In this document: positions 63,812 through 64,000 of the stretch, in pieces | Numbering within the stretch: the first letter of the stretch is position 1 | Layout of the letters: each line of letters begins with the position of its first letter | Virus record (IMG/VR): IMGVR_UViG_3300045988_179268 | Location: 96,001 to 160,000 of that record | Reading direction: 5' to 3' (one strand) | Origin: a virus | DNA length: 64,000 nucleotides | Notes under the pieces: generated by a model | Told to the model about the DNA's origin: nothing | Database searches by the model: none | What the model saw: the letters and a program-made list of their open reading frames with translations, nothing else | Translations under genes and position numbers: made by a program

Positions 63812-64000
63812 ATTGGTATTCACTATCACCTTATCGCGCTTCTTTTCAGCCTTGAAAGCCCCTCAGTCGCCACGTAAGCCAGGAAAACCAATGATTACTA
63901 AAATCCCCCATAGTACACAGTAAAAGGTGTTAGAATCGCTTTCAACGGCTTTCTAGGCGTGTCGCCACACCATTTGCGTAACCCGTAATCTTTATGCTAA

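Overview
The window reads as part of a large conjugative plasmid or ICE-like element, possibly phage-plasmid-like, from a monoderm (Gram-positive-type) host. All calls rest on motifs and structure read by eye; no database search was possible.

(1) 1-37.2 kb is an almost purely plus-strand backbone. It encodes an SbcC/Rad50-like ATPase with a CxxC hook, and two giant membrane proteins, one carrying an M23 peptidase. It also encodes SSB, an FtsK/TcpA-like ATPase split over two frames, DnaB and RecG. Further genes are a YdjM-like hydrolase, a RusA-like protein, a TcpE-like plus VirB4-like pair, a TadZ/CpaE-like ATPase and a PilT/GspE-like ATPase.

(2) 37.46-49.43 kb is a sharply bounded ~12 kb module with extreme strand composition that inverts in sign. 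The plus strand is A+C-rich up to ~45.55 kb and G+T-rich after it. The module holds a Replic_Relax-like gene, a ~2.4 kb tract that is stop-free on both strands (PT-rich versus GV-rich mirror ORFs), and two 63-bp direct repeats with hairpins at the switch point.

(3) 49.4-62.2 kb is an accessory island of more than 25 small plus-strand genes. They sit in standardized cassettes: an extended -10 promoter TGTGnTAnAnT, a GAAAGG RBS and a hairpin terminator. The products are small acidic proteins, many small membrane proteins and members of two paralog families.

(4) 62.2-64 kb is ORF-poor. It carries two diverged copies of a ~190-208 nt putative structured RNA with compensatory changes, plus another sRNA-like unit.

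No rRNA, tRNA, CRISPR array or transposase was recognised.
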